The notes: a model not told the origin generated them from the sequence alone. A DNA stretch of 39,476 nt from Acidobacteriota bacterium (GCA_046734675.1 JBKPRU010000332.1:1-39476); one strand, 5' to 3'; counted from the first letter of the stretch, positions 1-8,599 are shown. A program made the numbers and translations.

Positions 1-317
1 GCGAGTACGCCAAGCGCGCCGAGAACGGCACGCTCTCGCTCGCCGACTTGAAGGGCGGCACCTTCACGATCACGAACGGCGGCGTCTTCGGCTCGCTCCT
101 GAGCACGCCGATCCTCAACCCGCCGCAGGTCGGCATCCTCGGGCTTCATGCCATCAAGGATCGGCCGGCCGCGGTCAACGGTCAGATCGTGCTGCGGCCG
201 ATGATGTACACCGCCCTCACCTACGATCACCGCATCGTCGACGGCGCGGAAGCGGTGCGCTTCCTGGTGCGCGTCAAGGAACTGATCGAGGATCCGGGAG
301 CGATGCTGCTGGAATAA
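1..317 (+). CDS. sucB: 2-oxoglutarate dehydrogenase E2 (dihydrolipoyllysine succinyltransferase), C-terminal fragment; the 5' end lies outside the window
   Basis: The frame of ORF 48..317 stays open to the window edge. The translation [25 protein letters not shown]...[17 protein letters not shown] carries the 2-oxoacid dehydrogenase acyltransferase catalytic DHRxxDG motif. TAA stop at 315-317. Confidence 0.9.
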   Translation, partial: EYAKRAENGTLSLADLKGGTFTITNGGVFGSLLSTPILNPPQVGILGLHAIKDRPAAVNGQIVLRPMMYTALTYDHRIVDGAEAVRFLVRVKELIEDPGAMLLE

Positions 318-351
318 CAGCGCGCGGTCCGGTATCCTCAACAGCAACAAC

Positions 352-2265
352 TTGGCAACCTACACAGCAAAAGACATCACGGTTCTGGAAGGGTTGGAGC
401 CCGTCCGGAAGCGTCCCGGCATGTACATCGGCGGCGTCGGGAGCGCGGGGTTGCATCACCTGGTCTGGGAGATCCTCGACAACGCCATCGACGAGGCGAT
501 GAACGGCTACGCGTCGAACGTGTCGGTCACGCTCCATGACGACGGCGCGTCGATCACGATCGTCGACGATGGACGCGGTATTCCGGTCGACAAGCATCCG
601 AAGACGAAGAAGAGCGCGCTCGAGGTGATCTTCACGACCCTGCACGCGGGCGGGAAGTTCGAGGCGGGCAACTACAAGACGGCCGGCGGGCTGCACGGTG
701 TCGGCGCCAGCGTAGTCAACGCGCTCTCGAAGGAGCTCGTTGCCACCGTGAAGCGCGACGGCGCGCTGTGGGAGCAGCGGTTCAAGCAGGGCGTACCGGT
801 CAACGGGGTGAAGAAGCTCGGGCCGGCGCGCGGCACCGGCACGACCGTGTTCTTCCGTCCCGATGCGACGATCTTCCCGAAGGTCGAATTCGATCCTGCC
901 CTCATCAAGCAGCGGCTCGAGATCTCGAGCTACCTGCACAAGGGCCTGCGCATCTCGTTCGAGGACGAGGCGACGAAGGAAAAGGTCGTCTATCAGCACG
1001 CCGAAGGGCTCGCCGATTACCTGAAGACGATCATCGCCGAGCGCACTGCCACGCAGGTGCACGACGCGCCGTTCACGGTGACGCGCGAAAACGACGAGAG
1101 CGGGATCCGCCTTGACGTCGCGCTGCAGTGGACGCAGTCGACCGACGAGCACGTGCGCAGCTACGTCAACGGCATCCCCACCGGATCGGGCGGCACGCAC
1201 GAGAACGGGTTCCGCGCCGGGCTCGGCAAGGCGGTGCGCAACTTCATCGACACCCACAACCTCTCGCCGAAGGGCGTGACGCTCACCGCGGAAGACATCC
1301 GCGAAGGGCTCATAGCGGTGCTGAGCGTGTTCCTGCAGGAGCCGCAGTTTCAGGGGCAGACGAAGGATCGGCTGAACAACCCCGAAGCCACCGCGGCCGT
1401 CGACTCGCAGGTGCGCCCCGCGCTCGAGCACTGGCTGAACACCAACATCTCGGTGGCCGAGTCGATCGTCGCGCGCATCATTCTCGCGGCGCGTGCCCGC
1501 GAGGCGAGCCGCGCCGCGCAGCAGGAGGTGTCGCGCAAGACGGCGACCTCGAATCGACTGACGCTCCCCGGGAAATTGAGCGACTGCACCTCTCCCGGCC
1601 GCGACGACAGCGAACTGTTCATCGTCGAAGGGGATTCGGCCGGCGGCTCGGCGAAGCAGGGGCGCGATCGCGCGCGCCAGGCGATTCTGCCGCTGCGCGG
1701 CAAGGTGCTCAACACCGAGAGCGCGTCGCTCGCGAAGGTGCTCGAGAACAAGGAACTGTCGGATCTGGTCACCGCGCTCGGCTGCGGCCTCGGCAAGAAC
1801 TTCGATCTCACGCGCCTCCGCTACGGCAAGGTCATCATCCTCGCCGACGCCGATTCGGACGGCCACCACATCGCCACGCTGCTGATGACGTTCATCTACC
1901 GTCACATGCCGCAGCTCATCACCTCCGGACGCGTCTTCCTCGCGCAGCCGCCGCTCTATCGCATCGACATCGGCAAAGAGACGTTCTGGGCGCTCGACGA
2001 TGCCCACAAGGACCGGCTCCTGAAGGCCCACGGCAACGGTCGCGCCAATCCCGAGATCACCCGCTTCAAGGGTCTCGGCGAGATGATGCCGAAGGTGTTG
2101 TGGGAGACGACGCTCAACCCGCGCACGCGGCGCCTGCTGCGCGTCGACATCGCCGATCAGATCGTGACGGACCGAGTCATCAACGAACTGATGGGAAAGG
2201 ATCCGTCGGCGCGCTTCCGGTTCATCATGGAGCGCGCCGAGGACGCGGTAGAACTCGACGTGTGA
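352..2265 (+). CDS. Type IIA DNA topoisomerase subunit B (GyrB/ParE family, 637 aa)
   Basis: TTG start at 352, with no in-frame ATG before the conserved N-terminus. Motifs: VLEGLEPVRKRPGMYIGG, GHKL ATPase box EILDNAIDEA, GLHGVGASVVNALS, PLRGKVLN, and TOPRIM ELFIVEGDSAGGSAKQGRDR plus ILADADSDGHHI. I cannot separate GyrB from ParE by eye. Confidence 0.9.
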   Translation: MATYTAKDITVLEGLEPVRKRPGMYIGGVGSAGLHHLVWEILDNAIDEAMNGYASNVSVTLHDDGASITIVDDGRGIPVDKHPKTKKSALEVIFTTLHAGGKFEAGNYKTAGGLHGVGASVVNALSKELVATVKRDGALWEQRFKQGVPVNGVKKLGPARGTGTTVFFRPDATIFPKVEFDPALIKQRLEISSYLHKGLRISFEDEATKEKVVYQHAEGLADYLKTIIAERTATQVHDAPFTVTRENDESGIRLDVALQWTQSTDEHVRSYVNGIPTGSGGTHENGFRAGLGKAVRNFIDTHNLSPKGVTLTAEDIREGLIAVLSVFLQEPQFQGQTKDRLNNPEATAAVDSQVRPALEHWLNTNISVAESIVARIILAARAREASRAAQQEVSRKTATSNRLTLPGKLSDCTSPGRDDSELFIVEGDSAGGSAKQGRDRARQAILPLRGKVLNTESASLAKVLENKELSDLVTALGCGLGKNFDLTRLRYGKVIILADADSDGHHIATLLMTFIYRHMPQLITSGRVFLAQPPLYRIDIGKETFWALDDAHKDRLLKAHGNGRANPEITRFKGLGEMMPKVLWETTLNPRTRRLLRVDIADQIVTDRVINELMGKDPSARFRFIMERAEDAVELDV

Positions 2266-2347
2266 TGGGAAGCGCCTGCGGCCGCGGCGAGCGAGCGCAG
2301 CGAGTCGAGCCGCAGCGCGTGGGGGTGGGGCCCCACGCGCGTTGAGA
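2266..2347. repeat. Spacer module between the two topoisomerase 3' ends; it contains a 10-bp hairpin and is related to a module at 37042..37078
   Basis: GCGCGTGGGG (2315-2324) pairs with CCCCACGCGC (2331-2340). GGCCCCACGCGCGTTGAGAAA (2329-2349) matches the reverse complement of TTTCTCAATGCGCGTGGGGCC (37042-37062) with one mismatch. The GAGCGCAGCG segment is also shared. Confidence 0.7.
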
Positions 2348-2416
2348 AAAGATCCGTCTGCACGCTTCCGCTTCATCATGGAGCGCGCAGAAGACGCAGT
2401 GGAGTTGGATGTCTAG
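2348..2416 (+). pseudogene. Relic second copy of the last 22 codons plus stop of the upstream topoisomerase B gene
   Basis: It translates to KDPSARFRFIMERAEDAVELDV*, identical to the product of 2197..2265. There are 13 nt differences in 12 codons, all synonymous, and the stop is TAG versus TGA. It lies in the +1 frame relative to the intact gene and has no start codon of its own. Confidence 0.7.
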
Positions 2417-2417
2417 A

Positions 2418-2475
2418 CAGGTGTAGGGCGGGTCTTTAGACCCGCCGTGATGGCGCACCTGAAGGTGCGCCCTAC
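2418..2475. repeat. Inverted pair of REP-like hairpin elements (module R1: GTAGGGCGGGTCTTTAGACCCGCC type)
   Basis: GTAGGGCGGGTCTTTAGACCCGCC (2423-2446) faces GGCGCACCTGAAGGTGCGCCCTAC (2452-2475). The stretch 2418-2446 equals the reverse complement of 22378-22406 at 28 of 29 nt. Confidence 0.85.
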
Positions 2476-2504
2476 TCCGCCCGCCCGTCCGCCACCGCCC
2501 CGCC

Positions 2505-2540
2505 GGCAACCGACAACCGGCAACCGACCACCGACAACCG
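2505..2540. repeat. Tandem CAACCGACAAC-type oligomer array (module R2)
   Basis: The sequence is GGCAACCGACAACCGGCAACCGACCACCGACAACCG. The same motif recurs at 14972-14992, 15051-15060, 34791-34839 (opposite orientation) and 37028-37040. Confidence 0.8.
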
Positions 2541-2599
2541 TTTTCCTCCCATTGGTGTCTAAATCCCCAGCCAGCGTCACTCGCAGGGGAGGATCGTTC

Positions 2600-4528
2600 A
2601 TGCGCGTCCTGATTCACTCGGCGGTCGTGTGCCTGCTCGTCTTCTGCGCATCCGCGGCGGTCCGCGTCGCGGGCCTTTCCGTATCCGGGACGATTTCAGA
2701 TTCGTCAGGCGCCCCGCTCCCGCGCGTCACCGTGGAGTTGGTCTTCGACGCCAAGGTCGTGTCGACGACCACGACCGACGCACGCGGCGCGTTCGAGTTC
2801 AAGAACGTCGCGTCGCGGCGCTATGAGCTGCGCGCGCGGCTGAACGGGTTCAAGGAACTGCGGACGCGCGTGCTCGTTGCCGGCACGAAATCGCCGGCGC
2901 CGCTGACACTGATGCTGCAGCCCGGCAGCGTCACCGAGACCGTCGTCGTGGACGCAAGGGCGGGGAAAATGGCAAGTCCCGTCGCGTCGGCTCCGCCGCC
3001 GGCAGCCGCCGCGCCAGCGCCGCGGCAGGAAATGCTGCGTGCAATGCCAGGCGCCGGCGGCGGCGTCCTGGGCGGTGCGATTGCGCCCTTCAACACCGAG
3101 GCCTACGACCGCATCGAGGACAACACCTTCCGCCGCGTCAGCGACGCGCCGCTCTCGACGTTTTCGATCGACGTCGATACCGCGTCGTATGCCAACGTTC
3201 GCCGTTTCCTGAACCAGGGGACGCTCCCGCCCGCCGACGCGGTGCGCGTCGAAGAGTTGATCAACTACTTCCGCTTCGAGTACGCAGACTCGGTGAACAA
3301 GGCGCCGTTCGGGATCACCACCGAGCTCGCCGCGTGCCCGTGGAACGAGAAGCACCGGCTCGCGCTGATCGGCCTGCAGGCGAAGCGGCTGTCGGCAGGG
3401 AAGACGCCCCCGTGCAACCTCGTGTTTCTGCTCGACGTGTCTGGCTCGATGATGCCGTCGAACAAGCTGCCGCTCGTCAAGACGGCGATGAAGATGCTGG
3501 CGGAAACGCTGACGAAGGACGACCGCGTCGCGATCGTCGTCTATGCAGGCGCAAGCGGCCTGGCGCTGCCGTCGACTTCCGGCGATCGCTCGCACGAGAT
3601 CCAGGAAGCGATCTCTTCGCTCAATGCCGGCGGCTCGACGAACGGCGCCGAGGGAATCGAGCTCGCCTACGACATCGCGTCCCAACATTTCGTCAAGGGC
3701 GGCATCAATCGCGTGATTCTCGCGACCGACGGCGACTTCAACGTCGGCGTCACCAGCCAGGGAGAGTTGCTGCGACTCATCGAAGAGAAGCGCGCGTCGG
3801 GCGTGTTCCTCTCCGTCCTCGGCGTCGGCGAAGGCAATCTCAAGGATTCGACGATGGAGAAGCTGGCGGACGCGGGTAACGGCAATTACTCGTACCTCGA
3901 TTCGCTGCACGAGGCGCGTCGCGTGCTGATCGCGGAAGCCGGGTCGACGCTCGTCACGCTCGCAAAGGACGTCAAGATTCAGGTGGAGTTCAATCCGGCG
4001 GCGGTCGGCGCGTATCGCCTCGTCGGCTACGAGAACCGCATTTTGAAGAACGAGGATTTCAACAACGACAAGAAAGACGCCGGCGACATGGGGGCGGGAC
4101 ACACCGTCACGGTGTTGTACGAGATCGTGCCGCCCGGCGAATCGATCGACGTGCCGGGTGTCGACCCGTTGAAGTACCAGACGGCGCCGCGTCCTGCGGC
4201 CGACGCGAGCACCGCGGAGCTCATGACCGTCAAGGTGCGCTACAAGGATCCGGATGGGAACGAAAGTCGCCTGCTCGAGGTCCCGGTCGCGAATCGAACG
4301 GCCGCGCTCGGACGAAACATCGGCTTTGCGTCGGCGGTCGCGGAATTCGGCATGCTGCTGCGGCAGTCCGCGTTCAAAGGGGAGTCGTCCTGGGCGGAAG
4401 CCGCCGAGCTCGCGCGCACGCATCGCGGCGTTGATCCAGACGGCTACCGTGCCGAGTTCGTCCGCATGATCGACCTCGCCGCCGCGCTCGATCGTCAGCG
4501 GGCAACGTCTCCCATCACGCGACGGTGA
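2600..4528 (+). CDS. Secreted von Willebrand factor A protein, YfbK-like, with an N-terminal CarboxypepD_reg-like domain
   Basis: ATG at 2600 is preceded by GGGGAGGA (2586-2593). Signal peptide MRVLIHSAVVCLLVFCASAAV. Beta-sandwich segment SGTISDSSGAPLPRVTVEL...ARGAFEF, then an Ala/Pro linker. MIDAS motif LLDVSGSM, followed by a DUF3520-like C-terminal region. The track ORF start at 2447 runs through repeat modules and is rejected. Confidence 0.85.
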   Translation: MRVLIHSAVVCLLVFCASAAVRVAGLSVSGTISDSSGAPLPRVTVELVFDAKVVSTTTTDARGAFEFKNVASRRYELRARLNGFKELRTRVLVAGTKSPAPLTLMLQPGSVTETVVVDARAGKMASPVASAPPPAAAAPAPRQEMLRAMPGAGGGVLGGAIAPFNTEAYDRIEDNTFRRVSDAPLSTFSIDVDTASYANVRRFLNQGTLPPADAVRVEELINYFRFEYADSVNKAPFGITTELAACPWNEKHRLALIGLQAKRLSAGKTPPCNLVFLLDVSGSMMPSNKLPLVKTAMKMLAETLTKDDRVAIVVYAGASGLALPSTSGDRSHEIQEAISSLNAGGSTNGAEGIELAYDIASQHFVKGGINRVILATDGDFNVGVTSQGELLRLIEEKRASGVFLSVLGVGEGNLKDSTMEKLADAGNGNYSYLDSLHEARRVLIAEAGSTLVTLAKDVKIQVEFNPAAVGAYRLVGYENRILKNEDFNNDKKDAGDMGAGHTVTVLYEIVPPGESIDVPGVDPLKYQTAPRPAADASTAELMTVKVRYKDPDGNESRLLEVPVANRTAALGRNIGFASAVAEFGMLLRQSAFKGESSWAEAAELARTHRGVDPDGYRAEFVRMIDLAAALDRQRATSPITRR

Positions 4529-4592
4529 CCACGAAGCGGCTTCGATACTTCGCCGTCGTTCGACGCTTCGCGACGGGGACCCGGCACGCGCC

Positions 4593-5282
4593 GTGCTCGT
4601 CCTAAGAAGGATGTACGCTGGTTCCCCCTTTGCCGTTTCGCTCGGTGTCGCGGCGCTCTCGGCCGCGTTGATCGCCTGCGGCGCGAGCTCGTCCGGCCCG
4701 ACCTCGCCGGCCGCAGCTGCGTCACCGCCGATCGTCGTGGCGCTTGGTGACAGCCTGACGGCAGGGCCCGGCCTCGCGAGGAGCGAGACCTATCCCGCCG
4801 TCCTGCAGCGGCGCACGACGGCGGCCGGGTATCCGCATCGCATCGTCAACGCCGGCGTGTCGGGCGACACGTCAACCGACATCGCGCGGCGCTTCGACCG
4901 CGACGTCATCGCGGGGACGCGCGTGTTGATCCTCGCCGCCGGTGCGAACGACGGCCTGCAGGGCGTGCCTGTCGCGACGATGCGCGCCAACCTCGCGCAG
5001 ATGATCGAGAAGGCGCAGGCGCGCGACATTCGCGTGCTGCTCTGCGGGATGGAGACGCCGCCCACGCGCGGCTTTCAGTACTCGATCGACTTCCATCACG
5101 TCTTTCCGGAGCTGGCCGAGCAGTACAACGTCCCGCTCATGCCGTTCCTGCTGCTCGGCGTCGTCGGCCTGCCGGAGTACAATCTCGGCGACCGCGTCCA
5201 TCCGAATGCGCGCGGCGCTGAGCTCATTGCCAACAACCTGTGGCCGTACTTCGAACCACTGTTGAAGGAAACGGCGCCCTGA
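4593..5282 (+). CDS. SGNH/GDSL hydrolase lipoprotein (TesA/arylesterase-like)
   Basis: Block I VVALGDSLTAG, then NAGVSGDTS, GANDG and block V DRVHPN. Lipobox LIAC follows a positively charged N-terminus. GTG start at 4593; ATG at 4611 is an alternative. Confidence 0.85.
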   Translation: MLVLRRMYAGSPFAVSLGVAALSAALIACGASSSGPTSPAAAASPPIVVALGDSLTAGPGLARSETYPAVLQRRTTAAGYPHRIVNAGVSGDTSTDIARRFDRDVIAGTRVLILAAGANDGLQGVPVATMRANLAQMIEKAQARDIRVLLCGMETPPTRGFQYSIDFHHVFPELAEQYNVPLMPFLLLGVVGLPEYNLGDRVHPNARGAELIANNLWPYFEPLLKETAP

Positions 5283-5363
5283 TTATGCGGCGCTCTGTCG
5301 AGGAGCGAGGAGCGTTTCGGAGTAGTTCGGGCGGGCTGGCTGAAATTCCCGCAGCCTTCACAC

Positions 5364-6479
5364 ATGCGATCAGGTACCGCTAACCTTCCGCTCCATACCG
5401 GCCGCGCGCCCGCGTGGCTGTTCTCCCGCATGGTCCGCCTCGCGCGCGAGATCACCGCGAACATCGTCCAGGAGTATGGCAGCGACGAAGTGCTGCGGCG
5501 TCTCGCCGACCCGTACTGGTTTCAGGCCTTCGGCTGCGTGCTCGGGTTCGACTGGCACTCGAGCGGCGTGACGACGACGGTGACCGGCGCGCTGAAGGAG
5601 GGCCTGCGCGGCACCGAGCACGAGCTCGGGATCTATGCCGGCGGCGGCAAAGGGGCGGTGTCGCGGAAGACGCCCGGAGAGATCGCGACCTACTGTGAGC
5701 GGCTGTCGATCGATGCCCGGCCGCTCGTCTACGCCAGCCGCATGTCCGCCAAGGTCGATAGCGCTGCGGTTCAGGACGGGTATCAGCTGTACCACCACGC
5801 ATTCTTCTTCACGCCGTCGGGCGGATGGTGCGTCGTGCAGCAGGGCATGAACGACGACACGGGGATGGCGCGCCGCTATCACTGGCTCGCCGACCGGGTA
5901 CAGAGCTACGTCAACGAACCGCACGCCGCGATCTGCAGTGAAGCGCAGGCGCCGACGCTGAATCTCGTCGCCGCCGAAAGCGACGCGACCCGCGGGCACT
6001 CGGCGGCGCTCGCGCGCGAAAAGCCGCGCGTCGTGCTCGGGGCGTTGACGGAGCTGCCGATCCTCTCGATGCCGAAGCGGCACGCGGTGATGATTGCCGA
6101 CGTGAACGCGCAGCATCTCGAGCGCATCCTGCTGAAGACCTACGATCGTGCGCCGGAGAATTTCGAGACGCTCCTGGGAATGGAAGGCGTCGGCGCGAGG
6201 ACGCTGCGTGCGCTCGCGCTCGCGTCCGAGGTGATCTACGGCACACCCGCCAGCACGCGGGATCCCGCGCGCTTCTCGTTCGCGCACGGCGGCAAGGACG
6301 GCACGCCGTTTCCGGTCGATCTCGAAACCTACGACAAGACGATCGAGGTGCTGCGCGCCGCCGTCAACAAGGCGAACATCGATCGATCGGAGCGCGTGAA
6401 GGCTCTGAAGCGGCTGGTCGACTACGGGCGCGAAAAGGTGCGGAAGAAGCTGGAAGGACCGGGACCCAAGTCCCCATAA
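5364..6479 (+). CDS. DUF763 domain protein
   Basis: The N-terminus GTANLPLHTGRAPAWLFSRMVRLAREI...DPYWFQAFGCVLGFDWHSSGVTTT is, as I recall the family, the DUF763 signature. ATG at 5364. Confidence 0.7.
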   Translation: MRSGTANLPLHTGRAPAWLFSRMVRLAREITANIVQEYGSDEVLRRLADPYWFQAFGCVLGFDWHSSGVTTTVTGALKEGLRGTEHELGIYAGGGKGAVSRKTPGEIATYCERLSIDARPLVYASRMSAKVDSAAVQDGYQLYHHAFFFTPSGGWCVVQQGMNDDTGMARRYHWLADRVQSYVNEPHAAICSEAQAPTLNLVAAESDATRGHSAALAREKPRVVLGALTELPILSMPKRHAVMIADVNAQHLERILLKTYDRAPENFETLLGMEGVGARTLRALALASEVIYGTPASTRDPARFSFAHGGKDGTPFPVDLETYDKTIEVLRAAVNKANIDRSERVKALKRLVDYGREKVRKKLEGPGPKSP

Positions 6480-6485
6480 CGCGAC

Positions 6486-6545
6486 GGCGCCTCTCTAAAG
6501 AGGCTCCCTACCTAAAAATGCGTAGGGCGCACCTTTAGGTGCGCC
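6486..6545. repeat. Inverted pair of R1-like REP hairpins
   Basis: GGCGCCTCTCTAAAGAGGCTCCCTAC (6486-6511) faces GTAGGGCGCACCTTTAGGTGCGCC (6522-6545). The GTAGGG tails are shared with the other R1 copies. Confidence 0.8.
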
Positions 6546-6547
6546 TC

Positions 6548-6591
6548 ATAAGAAAACGGGACGCCGGAGCCCCCAGCTAACCGGCGTCCCG
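6548..6591 (-). terminator. Candidate intrinsic terminator (11-bp GC stem plus a U-rich tail on the minus strand)
   Basis: CGGGACGCCGG (6557-6567) pairs with CCGGCGTCCCG (6581-6591). On the minus strand the hairpin is followed by TTTTCTTAT. It lies about 180 nt downstream of the qor stop and between convergent genes. Confidence 0.4.
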
Positions 6592-6772
6592 CCAGCCGGC
6601 CGAATGCGCTCGGTCCGGCCCCTCTGTATGCCCCTCGACAGTGCAATCGTGCTGCCGCGCTGACGCGGTCAGCATCATCCGGTTATCGCAACAGATTCAG
6701 GAACTTGCGGCGAGCGACCGCGGAAAGGCTGCTGCAGAATCGCCACATCGGGGCGGTTTGCCGAAGCGGCAG

Positions 6773-7744
6773 TCAGATGGTCAGGACGGCCTTGCCGATG
6801 ACCTGACCGGTCTCCAGCGCGCGGTGCGCCTCCGCCGCGTTGGCGAGCGGGTAGGTCGCCGAGACCATCGGGCGGACGCGGCCGGCGGAGAGCAGCGGCC
6901 ACACGTGCTCCTCGAGGCTTCGCGCGATTGCGCCCTTCTCCTGCGGCGACCGCGCGCGAAGCGTCGATCCCGTGATCGTCAATCGCTTCTGAAGGATCGG
7001 CGACAGGCTGATCGTCGCGCGTGCGCCGCCAAGCAGTCCGATCTGCACGAGCCGGCCGTTCATCCGGAGACACTCGATGTTGCGGGCCGCGTAGTCGCCG
7101 CCAATGATGTCGAGCACGACGTCGACGCCGGTGTGCTGGGTTGCGTCCGCAACGGCGGCCACGAAGTCTTCGGTGCGGTAGTTGATCGCGCGTCGGGCGC
7201 CAAGGCGCCGGCAGGCGTCGCACTTCTCGTCCGATCCCGCCGTCGCGATCGCGGTCGCGCCGAAGGCGGCGGCAAGTTGAATCGCGGTCGTGCCAATGCC
7301 ACTCGTGCCGCCGTGGATCAGCACGGTCTCGCCGTGGCGCAGCCGGCCTCTGTCGAAGAGATTCGTCCAGACGGTGAAGAACGTTTCAGGGATCGCGGCC
7401 GCGTGTTCGAGGCTGACGCCTTGCGGGACGGCGAGGCACTGCTCCGCGGGCGCGGTGCAATATTCGGCGTAGCCGCCGCCCGCGACCAGCGCGCACACCA
7501 CGTGGCCGGTATTCCAGCGGCTGCTGCGCGACTCGACGATCGTCCCGGAGATCTCCAGCCCGGGAATGGGCGAGACCCCGGGCGGGGGCGGGTACTTGCC
7601 CAGACGCTGCAGCACGTCGGGCCGGTTGACGCCGGCGGCGGCGACGCGGACGAGGACGCTACCGTCGTCGGGCCGCGGGACGTCGAGCTCGGCGACGCGC
7701 AGGACGTCGGGACCGCCGGGTTGGGCGATCTCGATCGCGCGCAT
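6773..7744 (-). CDS. qor: NAD(P)H:quinone oxidoreductase (zinc-type alcohol dehydrogenase superfamily, PIG3/Qor-like)
   Basis: MRAIEIAQPGGPDVLRVAELDVP...AAGVNRPDVLQRLGKYPPPPG...IHGGTSGIGTTAIQLA. I took the ATG at 7744 as start because it gives the typical Qor N-terminus; the track ORF extends to 7765. Confidence 0.85.
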   Translation of the reverse strand: MRAIEIAQPGGPDVLRVAELDVPRPDDGSVLVRVAAAGVNRPDVLQRLGKYPPPPGVSPIPGLEISGTIVESRSSRWNTGHVVCALVAGGGYAEYCTAPAEQCLAVPQGVSLEHAAAIPETFFTVWTNLFDRGRLRHGETVLIHGGTSGIGTTAIQLAAAFGATAIATAGSDEKCDACRRLGARRAINYRTEDFVAAVADATQHTGVDVVLDIIGGDYAARNIECLRMNGRLVQIGLLGGARATISLSPILQKRLTITGSTLRARSPQEKGAIARSLEEHVWPLLSAGRVRPMVSATYPLANAAEAHRALETGQVIGKAVLTI

Positions 7745-8567
7745 CGCGCGCGGGATCGACATCACCGAGATGCGCGGAGCGCACGCCGCGCAGCGGCAGG
7801 TAATAGCGTGTCAGCCATCGGCTCAATCCGTCGAGATCGGGGAACAGGATACGCTCGTTGATGTTCGCCTGATCCAGCTTGTCGCGGATCTCCCACTTGA
7901 GCGCCGCCGGCACGACGACGAGGCGGCACAATTCCGGGTGCGCGCGCAGCCAGGAATCCATGCGCGCGGTCGGGCTCGACATCAACGAAAACAGCGCGAA
8001 CTGATTCAGGATGCGCCGATCGATCGCCGGGGGCTCCATGAACACCAGGAAAGGGTCGCGCGCGAGCGCATCGAACTCGCGCAGCGAGCGGAACCCGCCG
8101 AGCATCTCCACGGTCAGCGTTTCCGATCCATCCTGCTCGAGGATCTTCTTCAAGCGACGCGGCAACCGCTGGTTCGCCTGCACGAAGTTCACACACCAGA
8201 CCGCGCCGTCGACGTCGAAGTCGTCCGGGTGCTCGGTTGCGAAGTGGAGCGCGACGAGCGGCGAATACGTCCAGTCGAGCAGCCGCGTCGGCAGGCCGCG
8301 ATGCTGCCCGAGCGCGAGCCAGTCCCAGATGGAATCCGCGTGCGCCCCTTCAGCGTGCGCGTACTTGCGGAAGTTCCGTAGCAGCGCCATCTCGAGGCGC
8401 GTCGTGTCCGCGCCGCCGGACGAGAGGCGCACCAGCGAACTCGTCAGGTCGTGGTCCTTGCGCGAGAGACCGCGGAACGCGAACGGCGATCGGAACCGCT
8501 GCAGCGCGGCGTTCCACGAACCGGCATACAGATCGTCGAGGAGGTCGGTCCAGGTGCGCGTCGGCAT
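7659..8567 (-). CDS. FRG domain protein
   Basis: FAFRGLS and LALGQHRGLPTRLLDWTYSPLVALHFA match the FRG domain signature as I recall it. ATG at 8567. An Arg-rich 45-aa tail overlaps the start of qor in another frame. Confidence 0.7.
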   Translation of the reverse strand: MPTRTWTDLLDDLYAGSWNAALQRFRSPFAFRGLSRKDHDLTSSLVRLSSGGADTTRLEMALLRNFRKYAHAEGAHADSIWDWLALGQHRGLPTRLLDWTYSPLVALHFATEHPDDFDVDGAVWCVNFVQANQRLPRRLKKILEQDGSETLTVEMLGGFRSLREFDALARDPFLVFMEPPAIDRRILNQFALFSLMSSPTARMDSWLRAHPELCRLVVVPAALKWEIRDKLDQANINERILFPDLDGLSRWLTRYYLPLRGVRSAHLGDVDPARDARDRDRPTRRSRRPARRRARRPAARRR

Positions 8568-8599
8568 GGTGCGTCAGAGGCAAACGATATCATCGAGGA

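Noticed and set aside
274-2379. Long antisense or off-frame ORFs in the track. Examples: 274..2379(-), 1128..2345(+), 2705..4423(-), 5370..6287(-), 6641..7861(+), 8011..9888(+), 8444..9709(-), 10783..11898(+), 12067..13092(-), 18371..19768(-), 19859..21274(+), 20217..21269(-), 22385..23683(-), 25482..26393(+), 26406..27755(+), 26602..27744(-), 27722..28558(-), 31122..32471(+), 32312..33535(+), 35845..37446(+), 37398..39365(-).
   Set aside because: All have Arg/Ala/Pro/Gly-rich, motif-free translations. All lie opposite to, or out of frame with, genes that carry clear family signatures. This is typical stop-codon-poor shadow reading in GC-rich DNA.
2263-2416. Stop-codon readthrough or frameshifting from the topoisomerase gene into the duplicated 3' copy.
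   Set aside because: Copy B is in the +1 frame relative to the gene. The in-frame readthrough product of the spacer is featureless. I see no slippery sequence at the junction.
2447-2599. N-terminal extensions of track ORFs: 2447 for the vWA gene, 8237 for pncB, 14967 for the FAD gene, 16259 for baeRF1, 24165 for MFS, 25872 for the ATPase, 27806 for M28, 28656 for DUF4097, 29656/30323/30724/31569 for the his genes, and 34845 for hisI.
   Set aside because: The extensions are low-complexity or are read through repeat modules. Internal starts give canonical family N-termini or signal peptides, often with a visible RBS or start/stop coupling.
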